51,839 nucleotides of DNA, taken from assembly GCA_964451065.1 (NCBI GenBank), contig CAYVGY010000001.1, forward strand, positions 1 through 51,839, read 5' to 3'. Made by a program: the position numbers and the translations under genes. The notes beneath the pieces were generated by a model that was given only the letters and a program-made list of their open reading frames with translations, searched no databases and had not been told where the DNA came from. Each line of letters opens with the position of its first letter. The first letter of the stretch is position 1. The stretch comes from an uncultured Halobacteriales archaeon (lineage in GTDB: Archaea; Thermoplasmatota; E2; JACPAO01). This document shows, one piece after another, positions 17,769-25,756 of this stretch.

Positions 17769-17783
17769 TATAACAAGTTATAA
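17768..17783 (-). promoter_or_regulatory. Palindromic A/T element TTATAAC-AA-GTTATAA at the vapB 5' end (TATA box and/or operator)
   Basis: Perfect 7-bp inverted repeat. It is centred about 23 nt upstream of the alternative GTG start at 17753. Confidence 0.35.
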
Positions 17784-17892
17784 TACTTTCACTAGATGAC
17801 TCGGGAACGCGCATACTTTGGCTTGAACACGTGTCTTTGGCAATGTGTTGAGTTAACACGCCTCAGACTCTTGGTAAGGGCCACTCCTGAAA

Positions 17893-17902
17893 TTTTTTAT
17901 AA
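17893..17902 (+). promoter_or_regulatory. TATA-like TTTTTTATAA
   Basis: Centred about 25 nt upstream of the ATG at 17923. This argues that 17923 rather than 17902 is the start of the next CDS. Confidence 0.4.
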
Positions 17903-17922
17903 TGACGACCTACTGTGCGACG

Positions 17923-18345
17923 ATGCGGGGACCCACGTCGATGCTCAAGGATCGCTTGTCGCTCATCGCGTCGAAGAAGCGCAACGGCCAAGCCGTCGCC
18001 TACAAACTCATCCACAAAACCCGCAAGGTCACCATCGAACGACCGCAATACGCCGCCGTCCACCAGCTTCCTAACCCCAAGTTTGCCAATGCGCTGGGCA
18101 ACTTCTGGCTCATCCAAGAAGCGACCCCCGGCCGGTTCCACATGGGCCGCAACGAGCACACGATCTACTACCGGGACCTCGAGTCCTCGAAGAAGGTCCT
18201 CAAGTACATGCTCGACCACGACCTCGACGTCCCGGCCAAGACCCCCAAGGGCAAACTCCCCACGTGGGTCGAAGAAGTCCAGGTCCAGGTCGCCGAAGAG
18301 ACGCCGTACAGCACCATCGACACGAGCTACTACAAGCTCATCTAG
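17923..18345 (+). CDS. Hypothetical protein (140 aa, no recognised motif)
   Basis: Good GC3 bias. MRGPTSMLKDRLSLIASKKRNGQAVAYKLIHKTRK...; the alternative start is 17902. Confidence 0.55.
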   Translation: MRGPTSMLKDRLSLIASKKRNGQAVAYKLIHKTRKVTIERPQYAAVHQLPNPKFANALGNFWLIQEATPGRFHMGRNEHTIYYRDLESSKKVLKYMLDHDLDVPAKTPKGKLPTWVEEVQVQVAEETPYSTIDTSYYKLI

Positions 18346-18403
18346 CGTGGCGTCGCCGGCCTTGGCCCCCTCGTGAGGACTCCCGACCATAACCGCTATA
18401 TGA

Positions 18404-20017
18404 ATGGTTCCGGTCCGGAAGATCGTGCGCACCCCCATGGGCCGCCCGATGGTCCGCCCCCGCCGGCTCGTGCTGCTTTTCGCCCTGCTCGTCGTCGGCG
18501 GGCTCGTGGTGACCTCCAATACGGCCGGCAAACGCAACGACCAGGACATCGAGGATAACCAGACCTTCGGCGTCCTCTACAAGGGCGACGGCCAAAGGGA
18601 CTGTTGGCGCCACCACAAGCCCGAAGGCATGGTCGACAGCCACATCGTCGTGCCGCTCTTCCCCCGCCAGGTCAAACTCGGCGAGCCCGCCGACCTCAAC
18701 CTCCAGATCGAGAACCCCTGGATCAATGAGATCACGGCCTACCGCGTGGTCCTCAACCTCACGAAGGCGCCCGGCATCCGCGCCCTCATTGGCCAACAGG
18801 CGGAGAGCCCCCCGCCGCTGTACAAGGACGCCACGGGCCGGATCGGGAACGCCGGATTTTACGAGAAGTTGCCCCCGGGAACCCGTCCCCTGGGCACGTG
18901 GGAAAACGTCACGTTCAACGTCACCGGGGAACCCCTCACCCTCTTTGCCCGGTTTGACTTCACCTCGGGCCCGGGCGACCCCGGCGACCCCCCGCAGGGC
19001 TTCCCCGAACTCCTCAAGATTTTCGTCTTCCCGCCGGGCTCCTCGAGCGCCATCGCCATGGACCAAGGCGACCGAGGGTACGGGCTCCCGTACCGCACCC
19101 TGACCTTGCCCAAAGGCGAAGGCACAGGGTTCGTCAACCTCGTGCCCGGCCCGTGGCGGTTCCAGGTCCACTACGAATCCGGAGACGCCCCCTACGCGGA
19201 CTGGCGCTTCAACGCCACCGCCGTCCTCAGGGGCGCAACGATCGGCGAGTTCGAGGTCTACAAGTTCGCCCGCGACCCGCCCGAGCTCGAGACGAAACCC
19301 AACATCGTCTACGTGGGCAAGAAGGGCGTCCTCGACCTTCCAGCGATCCCCATCGTGGGGTTTGCTTTGGGAGAGCAGGAAATCAAAGTCATGGTGGAGG
19401 CCAACCTCTACTACAAGCACAAGGGCGGCGGCCAACCCGATGAGGACTACTTCCGCCGCGTCGCCGTCGTCCAAGTCCCCGTCGGCGACACCTTCATCGA
19501 GAGCAGCGAAGAGGGCGCCGTGGCCGGCGTCGCGCTCGTCGACTTCCGCCTCATGGCGGGCGAGGTCACCGGCTTCGCCTCCGCCATCCTTCTGCTGCCT
19601 AGCCTCCTCTTCGGCGGCACCTACGGCAAGGCGTCCCGCAAGGCCTTCAACGCCATGCTCGGCGGTGCCAAGCGACGCGTCATGTTCCATAACCTCCTCA
19701 GCCTCGGCCTCACCCTCGTCGCCATCCTCCACATCGTCCTCTTCCTCCTCGAGGTCCGCTACAGCGTCCTCATGGGCGTCCTCTGGGGCGGCCTCGGCGC
19801 CCTGTCCCTCCTCGTCCTCGGCCTCTCCGGCTACTATCAAGTGCCGCTCATCCAGAAGTACGGCTACAACTGGTGGCGCTACACCCACCTCGCCTTCGGA
19901 ATCCTCGTCGTCGTCTTCGTGGCCCTTCACACGGTGCTGGACGGCGCCGACTTCTTCGACCCAGTGGAGGCCAAATTGCCGCAATGGCTCCAGACGTTCA
20001 ATCTCGTCGACAAGTGA
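18404..20017 (+). CDS. Membrane protein: N-terminal anchor, ~370-aa ectodomain, C-terminal 4-TM module with two His pairs (paralogue 1)
   Basis: LVLLFALLVVGGLVV is the anchor. The ectodomain carries DCWRHH...DSH and a CARDB-like segment. The C-terminus has MFHNLLSLGLTLVAILH and YTHLAFGILVVVFVALH (His at i and i+14 in two helices). The start may be ATG 18437, which has a TATA-like gctatatgaa at 18394-18403. Confidence 0.75.
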   Translation: MVPVRKIVRTPMGRPMVRPRRLVLLFALLVVGGLVVTSNTAGKRNDQDIEDNQTFGVLYKGDGQRDCWRHHKPEGMVDSHIVVPLFPRQVKLGEPADLNLQIENPWINEITAYRVVLNLTKAPGIRALIGQQAESPPPLYKDATGRIGNAGFYEKLPPGTRPLGTWENVTFNVTGEPLTLFARFDFTSGPGDPGDPPQGFPELLKIFVFPPGSSSAIAMDQGDRGYGLPYRTLTLPKGEGTGFVNLVPGPWRFQVHYESGDAPYADWRFNATAVLRGATIGEFEVYKFARDPPELETKPNIVYVGKKGVLDLPAIPIVGFALGEQEIKVMVEANLYYKHKGGGQPDEDYFRRVAVVQVPVGDTFIESSEEGAVAGVALVDFRLMAGEVTGFASAILLLPSLLFGGTYGKASRKAFNAMLGGAKRRVMFHNLLSLGLTLVAILHIVLFLLEVRYSVLMGVLWGGLGALSLLVLGLSGYYQVPLIQKYGYNWWRYTHLAFGILVVVFVALHTVLDGADFFDPVEAKLPQWLQTFNLVDK

Positions 20018-20125
20018 GCCGCGGCCGGCAGTTTCAACGATCTGCTTGAAGGATTCGACCAGGCCCGCCTGGGATCTTTTCCCCAACCGACCACAACCGC
20101 CATAAGAACGGGGCGGCGCCGTTGG

Positions 20126-21700
20126 ATGGCCATGGGGTTCGCACGCCGTCGGTCACGCCGCCGAATCATCCTGGTGGGCGTCCTGGTCCTCGTGGCCCTC
20201 GTGGTCGCCACGAACGCCGCCAGCCGCCGCAACCAAGACCTCGACGCCAACCACGAGTTCGGCCGCATCTACAAAGGCGACGCCCAGAAAGACTGCTGGA
20301 GGCACCACCGGTCCGACGCCGTCCCCATGGTCGACAGCCACGTCGTCATCCCGCTTTTTCCCAAGCAGGTGAAATTGAACGAACCCGCCGATCTGCGCCT
20401 CCAGATCGAGAACCCATGGTTGGCTGAGATCACCGCCTACCGCGTCGAACTGAACCTCACGAAGGCGCCAGGGCTTCGTGCCCTCGTGGGCGAGGCGGCC
20501 GAGCCCGAGCCGCCGTTCGCCGTCGAGGCCACGGGTCGGCTCCTCAACAACCTCGTCAACCAGACCTTGCCCAAGGGCACCGAACCCGCCCCGAGCTGGA
20601 CCAACGTCACCGTGAACCTCACCGGCGACCCCATCAGGTTCTTGGTGCAGCTGGACCTCACGTTCGGCCCCAACGACCTGCCACCCGACACGGCACTCCC
20701 GGACGAGGTCACGGTCACCGTCTATCCGCCGGGAGGGTCGGCCAGCGCGATGCTGCCCCGCGACGATACCGCCACCCATCGCACGCTCCGCGTCCCCAAG
20801 GGCGAGAGCGCCGCCTTCGACTACCCGACGCCCGGCCAGTACCGCTTTCAGATCGGCTTCGTTTCGGGCGCCGCCGAGTACGTCGACTGGCGCCTCAACG
20901 CGACCGCGGAGCATCGCCGCCCGTCCCAAGCGACCGTCGAGGTGCTCCACCTGGCGAGGGACCCGCAAGAGCTCGAATCGACCCCGAACAGGGTCTACGT
21001 CGGGCCCGGCCAAGTGTTGGACGTACCGAGCATCCCCGTCGTCGGCGTCGCCCCGGGCCCCCAAGAAATCGAGGTCCTCGTCGAAGCCAACCTCTACTAT
21101 CGGCACGGCGGCGGCAAAGGCACCGACGAGGACTACTATCACCGCTACGCCGTGGTCATCGTCAACGTCGGCGACACGTTCATCCCCGGCGACGACCTGG
21201 GAGCGACCAGCCGCGCGATCCCCATGGACTTCGGCTTCGCCATGGCCGAGATCACGGGGTTCGCCTCCGCGGCCCTGCTGGTCCCCAGCCTGCTGCTGGG
21301 CGGCACCTATGGCAAGGCCTCGCGCCAATTCTTCAACGCGGTCCTCGGCGGCGCCAAGCGACGCGTCATGTTCCACAACCTCGTGAGCCTCGGCCTCACC
21401 GCCCTCGCCATCGTCCACATCCTCCTGTTCCTGGCGGAGCTCCGCTACACGGTCCTCATGGGGCTCCTCTACGGCGGCCTCTCCGCCCTCTGCCTGTTGG
21501 TCCTCGGCCTAACGGGCTTCTACCAAGTGCCGCTCATCCAACGGCACGGGTACGAATGGTGGCACACCGTCCACCTGGTCACGGGCATCCTCCTCGTGCT
21601 TTTCGTGGCCATGCACGCCGTGGCGGATGGCGCGGACTTCGCCTCGTTGCGAGCTCAGCTTCCCGAATGGGTGGCGCGGTTCAACATCGCCACGGGATAG
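20126..21700 (+). CDS. Paralogue 2 of the ectodomain + 4-TM bis-His module protein
   Basis: Alignable end to end with 18404-20017. It shares DCWRHH, MVDSH, LQIENPW..EITAYRV.LNLTKAPG, GGTYGKASR, GGAKRRVMFHNL and both H-x13-H helices (MFHNLVSLGLTALAIVH; TVHLVTGILLVLFVAMH). Confidence 0.75.
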   Translation: MAMGFARRRSRRRIILVGVLVLVALVVATNAASRRNQDLDANHEFGRIYKGDAQKDCWRHHRSDAVPMVDSHVVIPLFPKQVKLNEPADLRLQIENPWLAEITAYRVELNLTKAPGLRALVGEAAEPEPPFAVEATGRLLNNLVNQTLPKGTEPAPSWTNVTVNLTGDPIRFLVQLDLTFGPNDLPPDTALPDEVTVTVYPPGGSASAMLPRDDTATHRTLRVPKGESAAFDYPTPGQYRFQIGFVSGAAEYVDWRLNATAEHRRPSQATVEVLHLARDPQELESTPNRVYVGPGQVLDVPSIPVVGVAPGPQEIEVLVEANLYYRHGGGKGTDEDYYHRYAVVIVNVGDTFIPGDDLGATSRAIPMDFGFAMAEITGFASAALLVPSLLLGGTYGKASRQFFNAVLGGAKRRVMFHNLVSLGLTALAIVHILLFLAELRYTVLMGLLYGGLSALCLLVLGLTGFYQVPLIQRHGYEWWHTVHLVTGILLVLFVAMHAVADGADFASLRAQLPEWVARFNIATG

Positions 21701-21703
21701 CCT

Positions 21704-21838
21704 CTATTTCTTCCCAAAACCGCCCCGCCGCTCGTAATAGCCCGCCAGGAGCCACGTGATGAACGCGATCCCAAGCGCGACTACGAGGCCCAGCACGATC
21801 GTTTCCCAAAGGCTGAAGTTGCGGATCTCGAGCGGCAT
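21704..21838 (-). CDS. Possible small membrane protein (44 aa)
   Basis: MPLEIRNFSLWETIVLGLVVALGIAFITWLLAGYYERRGGFGKK has one TM segment and a basic tail. It lies downstream of the GPN GTPase gene on the same strand. It is below the ORF-track length cutoff. Confidence 0.35.
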   Translation of the reverse strand: MPLEIRNFSLWETIVLGLVVALGIAFITWLLAGYYERRGGFGKK

Positions 21839-21901
21839 GCCTGCGCGGCGTTCCGTAGGAACCGTTGGGGATAAGCGTTGTTGTCCGGCCCCGCAACGGT
21901 C

Positions 21902-22684
21902 TCAATCGCTGAGGGCATCCTCGCCGCCCGCCATGACCAACTGGACGTGCGTGTAGAGATCCTCCAGGCCTTCCAGGTTGATGGCGCTCGTGACGCCGAG
22001 CGACGGCACGTTGCCCAGTCCGTCCAGGACCCGCAGCAGGTCCACGCTCATCTCGCGGTAGAGGCCCGCCTCTTCGCGGTCGAAGGCGTCGCGCAGCGCA
22101 TCCGGGTCCTGGGACCACGTCCGGACGCGCTCAACCTCCTCGTCCGTCATCATGTCCGCCTTGGTCAGGAGGTACGTTGTGGGCCGGTTGAGCCGGAACT
22201 GGACGCTCGAGGCCAACAAGAGTTGGCTCACGAACCCGCTGGGGGTCCGCGCCAGGAAAGGGTCGAGGAGGAACGCCAGGACGCTCGACTCGGGGAAAAG
22301 GAACTCGACGAGGTACTTGCCGCTGGGGCGGAAGACGAAGAGCTCGATCTGGCCCGGCGTATCGATGAGGACGTAGTCCGTCTTGAAGCCGGAGATCGCT
22401 TCCTTGACCTTCTCGGCCTGCAAGGCCAACATGTCCGAGGCTGCGATTTGCGCCCCGTTGGGTCCCAGGCCCTGGCTCCGCATCACATCCTTGAGGCTCA
22501 CCCATTCTCGCACGTCGACATCCGGCGTGTACGGCAGCGACTCGGCGCCCGGGTCGAGGTTGACCAGCGAACAGTCCAGGCCGCGGTTGAAGACCCACTC
22601 CTTGTAAGCGCCGGCCAGGCTCGACTTGCCCGCGCCCGCCGTGCCGATGAAATAGATGCAGGTCGCGTCGCCGCGGTCCGGCAC
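21902..22684 (-). CDS. GPN-loop GTPase (PAB0955/Npa3 family)
   Basis: IYFIGTAGAGKSS is the P-loop. VNLDPGAE, GLGPNGA (the GPN motif) and IDTPGQIELF are also present. Confidence 0.85.
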   Translation of the reverse strand: MPDRGDATCIYFIGTAGAGKSSLAGAYKEWVFNRGLDCSLVNLDPGAESLPYTPDVDVREWVSLKDVMRSQGLGPNGAQIAASDMLALQAEKVKEAISGFKTDYVLIDTPGQIELFVFRPSGKYLVEFLFPESSVLAFLLDPFLARTPSGFVSQLLLASSVQFRLNRPTTYLLTKADMMTDEEVERVRTWSQDPDALRDAFDREEAGLYREMSVDLLRVLDGLGNVPSLGVTSAINLEGLEDLYTHVQLVMAGGEDALSD

Positions 22685-22687
22685 GGT

Positions 22688-24022
22688 CTAGGCCCCCCTG
22701 GCTTGCAGGCGCATGTGGCGGATCCGTTTCTCGATGAGTTCCGCCGTGCCGATGTCATGGCGCACGATGAGTCCCGCGCCCTTGATGTGTTGGAGGCCGG
22801 CCTCGCACACCTCGTTGGCTTCCTTGATCGTCTCACCCTTGCCCAACACGGCTACGGCGCGGCTCGTCGTCGTCTGGACGACGCCGGGCCCTAGGGCCTC
22901 CACGCTCGCATAGTACAGTTCGGCCTCGGCGCCGGCGACGCCCCCTTCGTCGACGCGGATTTCGGCGCCCGCCACGGGCTTTGTGCCGTAGCCTGCCGGC
23001 ACGACATACTTGACGACGGTGGCCAGCCGTTGGAAGTCCAGGGTGTTCTCCGGCAGCCGGCCCTCCGCCATCCGGAGCGCCAGGCCCGCGAACTCGGTAC
23101 GTAGGAGACTCAGCACGTTCATCGCTTCCGGGTCGCCGAGGCGGGCGTTGACCTCGATGATTCTCGGCCCGTCCTGCGTCAGCATGAATTGGCCATAGAT
23201 AGGGCCGACGTACGGCCGGCCCTCGGCGCGCAGCGCCGCCACGACGCTGCGCAGGATCTGGAGAGACGCCTCCCACTCGGCCCGCGTCAAGAACGGAAGG
23301 AAGCCGTCGGCTTGCGAGTAGGAACCCATCCCGCCCGTGTTGGGACCCTGGTCTCCGGGAAGGAGGCGTTTGTGGTCCTGCACGGCCACGGTGGGCAGGA
23401 CACGCGTCCCGTCGCAGAACGCCTGGAGCGTGAACTCTTCGCCTTCGAGGAGTTCTTCGAGAAGGACTCCGGGGCCGCCGGCCCCGTGCCGGATGACTTC
23501 GTCGATGTAGGCGCCGCCTTCCTGGAGGTTCCGGAAATGGTCCCCGTAGACGCGGACCCCTTTGCCGCCCGTCAAGCCCACCGGCTTGATGGCCCAGCGG
23601 AGGTCGTTCGTGCCGAGTTGTTTCTTGGCGGCCGCCGCGTCCTCGAAGTAGTGGAACGCGACTGAACCCTTCACGTTGTGCTTCTGGAGCAGCCGGCGCA
23701 TGAAGAGCTTGCTCGTCTCGATCTCGGCTGCGGCCTTGGAAGGGGCGGCGACGCGGACGCCGCCGGCTGACAGGGCATCGCTGACGCCGGTCGCCAGCGG
23801 GGCCTCGGGGCCGATGCACGCCGCCTCCGCACCCACGCGCCGGGCGAAGGCGACGACCGCCTTCGGATCCGTCTCGTCCGCCTCCTCGTACGCCTTCGCC
23901 AAGGAGGCTAGACCCGGGTTGCGGTGGCGCGCCAACACGAAGAGTTCGACGTCGGCGGAACGCGTGAGGGCGCGGCCGAGAGCATGCTCCCGCGCCCCGC
24001 CGCCGACCAGGAGGAACCTCAA
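22688..24022 (-). CDS. purD: Phosphoribosylamine-glycine ligase
   Basis: MRFLLVGGGAREHAL...GPEAPL...KLFMRRLL...GPNTGGMGSY is the PurD ATP-grasp pattern. Confidence 0.9.
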   Translation of the reverse strand: MRFLLVGGGAREHALGRALTRSADVELFVLARHRNPGLASLAKAYEEADETDPKAVVAFARRVGAEAACIGPEAPLATGVSDALSAGGVRVAAPSKAAAEIETSKLFMRRLLQKHNVKGSVAFHYFEDAAAAKKQLGTNDLRWAIKPVGLTGGKGVRVYGDHFRNLQEGGAYIDEVIRHGAGGPGVLLEELLEGEEFTLQAFCDGTRVLPTVAVQDHKRLLPGDQGPNTGGMGSYSQADGFLPFLTRAEWEASLQILRSVVAALRAEGRPYVGPIYGQFMLTQDGPRIIEVNARLGDPEAMNVLSLLRTEFAGLALRMAEGRLPENTLDFQRLATVVKYVVPAGYGTKPVAGAEIRVDEGGVAGAEAELYYASVEALGPGVVQTTTSRAVAVLGKGETIKEANEVCEAGLQHIKGAGLIVRHDIGTAELIEKRIRHMRLQARGA

Positions 24023-24549
24023 CGGGGAGCCTCCTTTGCGAGCACCAAAAGGTCGCCGGCGGAGACCAGCGCGCCAAGGGAGACTCCGAGGTCGCGAAGC
24101 GCTTCCGCGGCGCCCTCCCCACGGTCCACCACGGTCTCGACGCGGTCGACGGTTGCGCCCGCTTCCCGAACCAGCCGGACGGCCTCCGCGACGCTCTTGC
24201 CCGTCGTCGTCACGTCTTCGATGAGCAGGACGCGGCGCCCCGTGACGGCGACGCCTTCGATGCGTTGGCCCGTTCCGTGCTCTTTGGCCTTCTTGCGGAG
24301 GATGGCGAACGGAAGGTTGGTCTCAAGCGCGGCGGCCACGAGGATGGGGACCGCCCCCAGCTCGACGCCCGCCAGCACGTCCACGCCCTGAACCTTGGCC
24401 GCCAGGTCCTTCGCGATCTGGCGCAGGAGGCGCGGCTGCGTCGACGCCTGCTTGATGTCCACGTAGTAGCTGCTCGTCCGCCCGCTCGTCAGCGTAAAGG
24501 TGCCGAATTTGAGGGCACCGCAGGCCACAAGCTCCTGGGAAAGGCGCAC
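24019..24549 (-). CDS. pyrE: Orotate phosphoribosyltransferase
   Basis: GALKFGTFTLTSGRTSSYYVD and the PRPP motif VLLIEDVTTTGKS. 4-nt overlap with purD. Confidence 0.9.
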   Translation of the reverse strand: MRLSQELVACGALKFGTFTLTSGRTSSYYVDIKQASTQPRLLRQIAKDLAAKVQGVDVLAGVELGAVPILVAAALETNLPFAILRKKAKEHGTGQRIEGVAVTGRRVLLIEDVTTTGKSVAEAVRLVREAGATVDRVETVVDRGEGAAEALRDLGVSLGALVSAGDLLVLAKEAPR

Positions 24550-24573
24550 GGCCGGCGGCCAGAATCGGGCCCG

Positions 24574-24579
24574 TTTAAA
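24574..24579. promoter_or_regulatory. Single symmetric TTTAAA between divergent starts (pyrE 24549; GTG 24602)
   Basis: The hexamer centre is about 27 nt from the pyrE ATG and about 25 nt from the GTG at 24602. It could serve as a shared bidirectional TATA box for two leaderless transcripts. Confidence 0.4.
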
Positions 24580-24601
24580 GCCCTATCGCACTACGCGGCG
24601 C

Positions 24602-25495
24602 GTGGAACGCGCCGAGAAGTCCCAGCGACTCTGGGAACGCGAATCCGCCCGCAAGGCGTTCCACATCGCAGCCGGCATAACGCCGCCCCTGTGGATCGTT
24701 GCGTTCGGTTGGACCGGGGCCGGCGCCATCGCCCTCTTCCTCATGGCGTACACCGCGGTTGCGTGGGACCTGTCCCGCCGCGGCGTCCGGCTCCCCATCC
24801 TCTGGCACATCCTCCGCATGACCCTCCGCAAAGGAGAGACCGCCCCCGTCAGCGCCCTCGAGTTCCTGGCCGCCATCGTCCTGCTGGGCCTCCTGTTCCC
24901 CCTTCCCTACTTCCTGGGCGCCATCGCGTTGCTCGGCGTCGGCGACGGGGCCGCCGCGCTCGTCGGCATGCGATGGGGCCGCCACAAACTCCCCTGGAAC
25001 CCCGACAAATCCTGGGAAGGGCTCGCCGCCGGCGTGGCCTTCGGCGTCCCCGCCTTCGTCGGCTTCGGCGTCATCGGAGGCTTCCTCCAACGCGACGGGT
25101 GGGCGCACGTGTCCAGCCTCCAAGGCCTTCATCCGTCGTGGCCCGCGGTCGCCCTCTTCCTGGGGGGGTTCCCGCTGCTCCATGTCGCCGCCCGGGGATG
25201 GGTGGCGGCCGGTTGGGGACCCCGCGCCGCCAACGCGCCCTTCAAGGCCGTGCTCGCCGCGTTCTCGGTCGCGTTGGCGCCCGCCCTCGCCTGGACGCTG
25301 GCGGCGCCCATCTTCCTCAGCGGGCCCATCCTTCCAACCCAGGGCGGCCACGGACCCGGCACACAGGCGGCGCTCCTCGTCGTTCCCGTGGTCGCCATGC
25401 TCGCCGAATCCGTCGCGCGGCGCCACGACAACCTCCTGGTGCCCACGACGGCCTGTGTCCTCGCCTACCTAGTCGTCGCCCTCGGGAACCTCTGA
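24602..25495 (+). CDS. Polytopic membrane protein of the CTP-dependent dolichol/phytol kinase - cytidylyltransferase (CdsA-like) family
   Basis: LLGVGDGAAALVGMRWGRHKLPWNPDKSWEGLAAG is the family signature, with a C-terminal AESVARRHDNLLVP. GTG 24602 is chosen because the track start 24500 overlaps pyrE. Confidence 0.65.
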   Translation: MERAEKSQRLWERESARKAFHIAAGITPPLWIVAFGWTGAGAIALFLMAYTAVAWDLSRRGVRLPILWHILRMTLRKGETAPVSALEFLAAIVLLGLLFPLPYFLGAIALLGVGDGAAALVGMRWGRHKLPWNPDKSWEGLAAGVAFGVPAFVGFGVIGGFLQRDGWAHVSSLQGLHPSWPAVALFLGGFPLLHVAARGWVAAGWGPRAANAPFKAVLAAFSVALAPALAWTLAAPIFLSGPILPTQGGHGPGTQAALLVVPVVAMLAESVARRHDNLLVPTTACVLAYLVVALGNL

Positions 25496-25756
25496 CGCCT
25501 CGCTCGCCTCGTCGACGGCGGGCTCCGGGACGTGCGCCGTCGACCCGGCCGGATTCGGGCGCCACTCCGTGCCCGGCCCGATCATGAACCAGATGTTGCA
25601 GCGAGAGCACCGGACGCGCGTGCCGGCGGTGTAGGGCTTCGTCGCATCGGGCCGCAGCCGGCCCGCGAACATCATGTTCGGCGGCGGCACGACTTCGGCT
25701 TTTCCGCGGCCGCCGCACTTGGGACAACGGGGACTCCACGTTTCCGCCATCGTCAC
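25469..25756 (-). CDS. Small zinc-ribbon protein
   Basis: CPKC...(38 aa)...CSRC, with an acidic C-terminal tail. Start is GTG 25756 or ATG 25750. It overlaps the upstream gene stop. Confidence 0.5.
   Translation of the reverse strand: MTMAETWSPRCPKCGGRGKAEVVPPPNMMFAGRLRPDATKPYTAGTRVRCSRCNIWFMIGPGTEWRPNPAGSTAHVPEPAVDEASEASEVPEGDD

Noticed and set aside
18338-21418. Long minus-strand ORFs (18338-20086 and 20153-21418) opposite the two bis-His paralogues
   Set aside because: The translations are Asp/Glu/Gly/Ala/Arg-rich and featureless. The plus-strand frames give two mutually alignable proteins with coherent TM topology.
18404-21700. Possibility that the paralogues are c-type multihaem cytochromes
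   Set aside because: Neither protein has a CxxCH motif. The single ectodomain Cys is in CWRHH, so only a b-type (bis-His, non-covalent) haem hypothesis is tenable.
24265-25587. 440-aa Arg/Pro-rich plus-strand ORF, and 22833-24122 and 26845-28401 minus-strand ORFs
   Set aside because: Extreme Arg/Pro/Gly composition. They overlap well-supported pyrE, purD, proC and membrane-protein frames.
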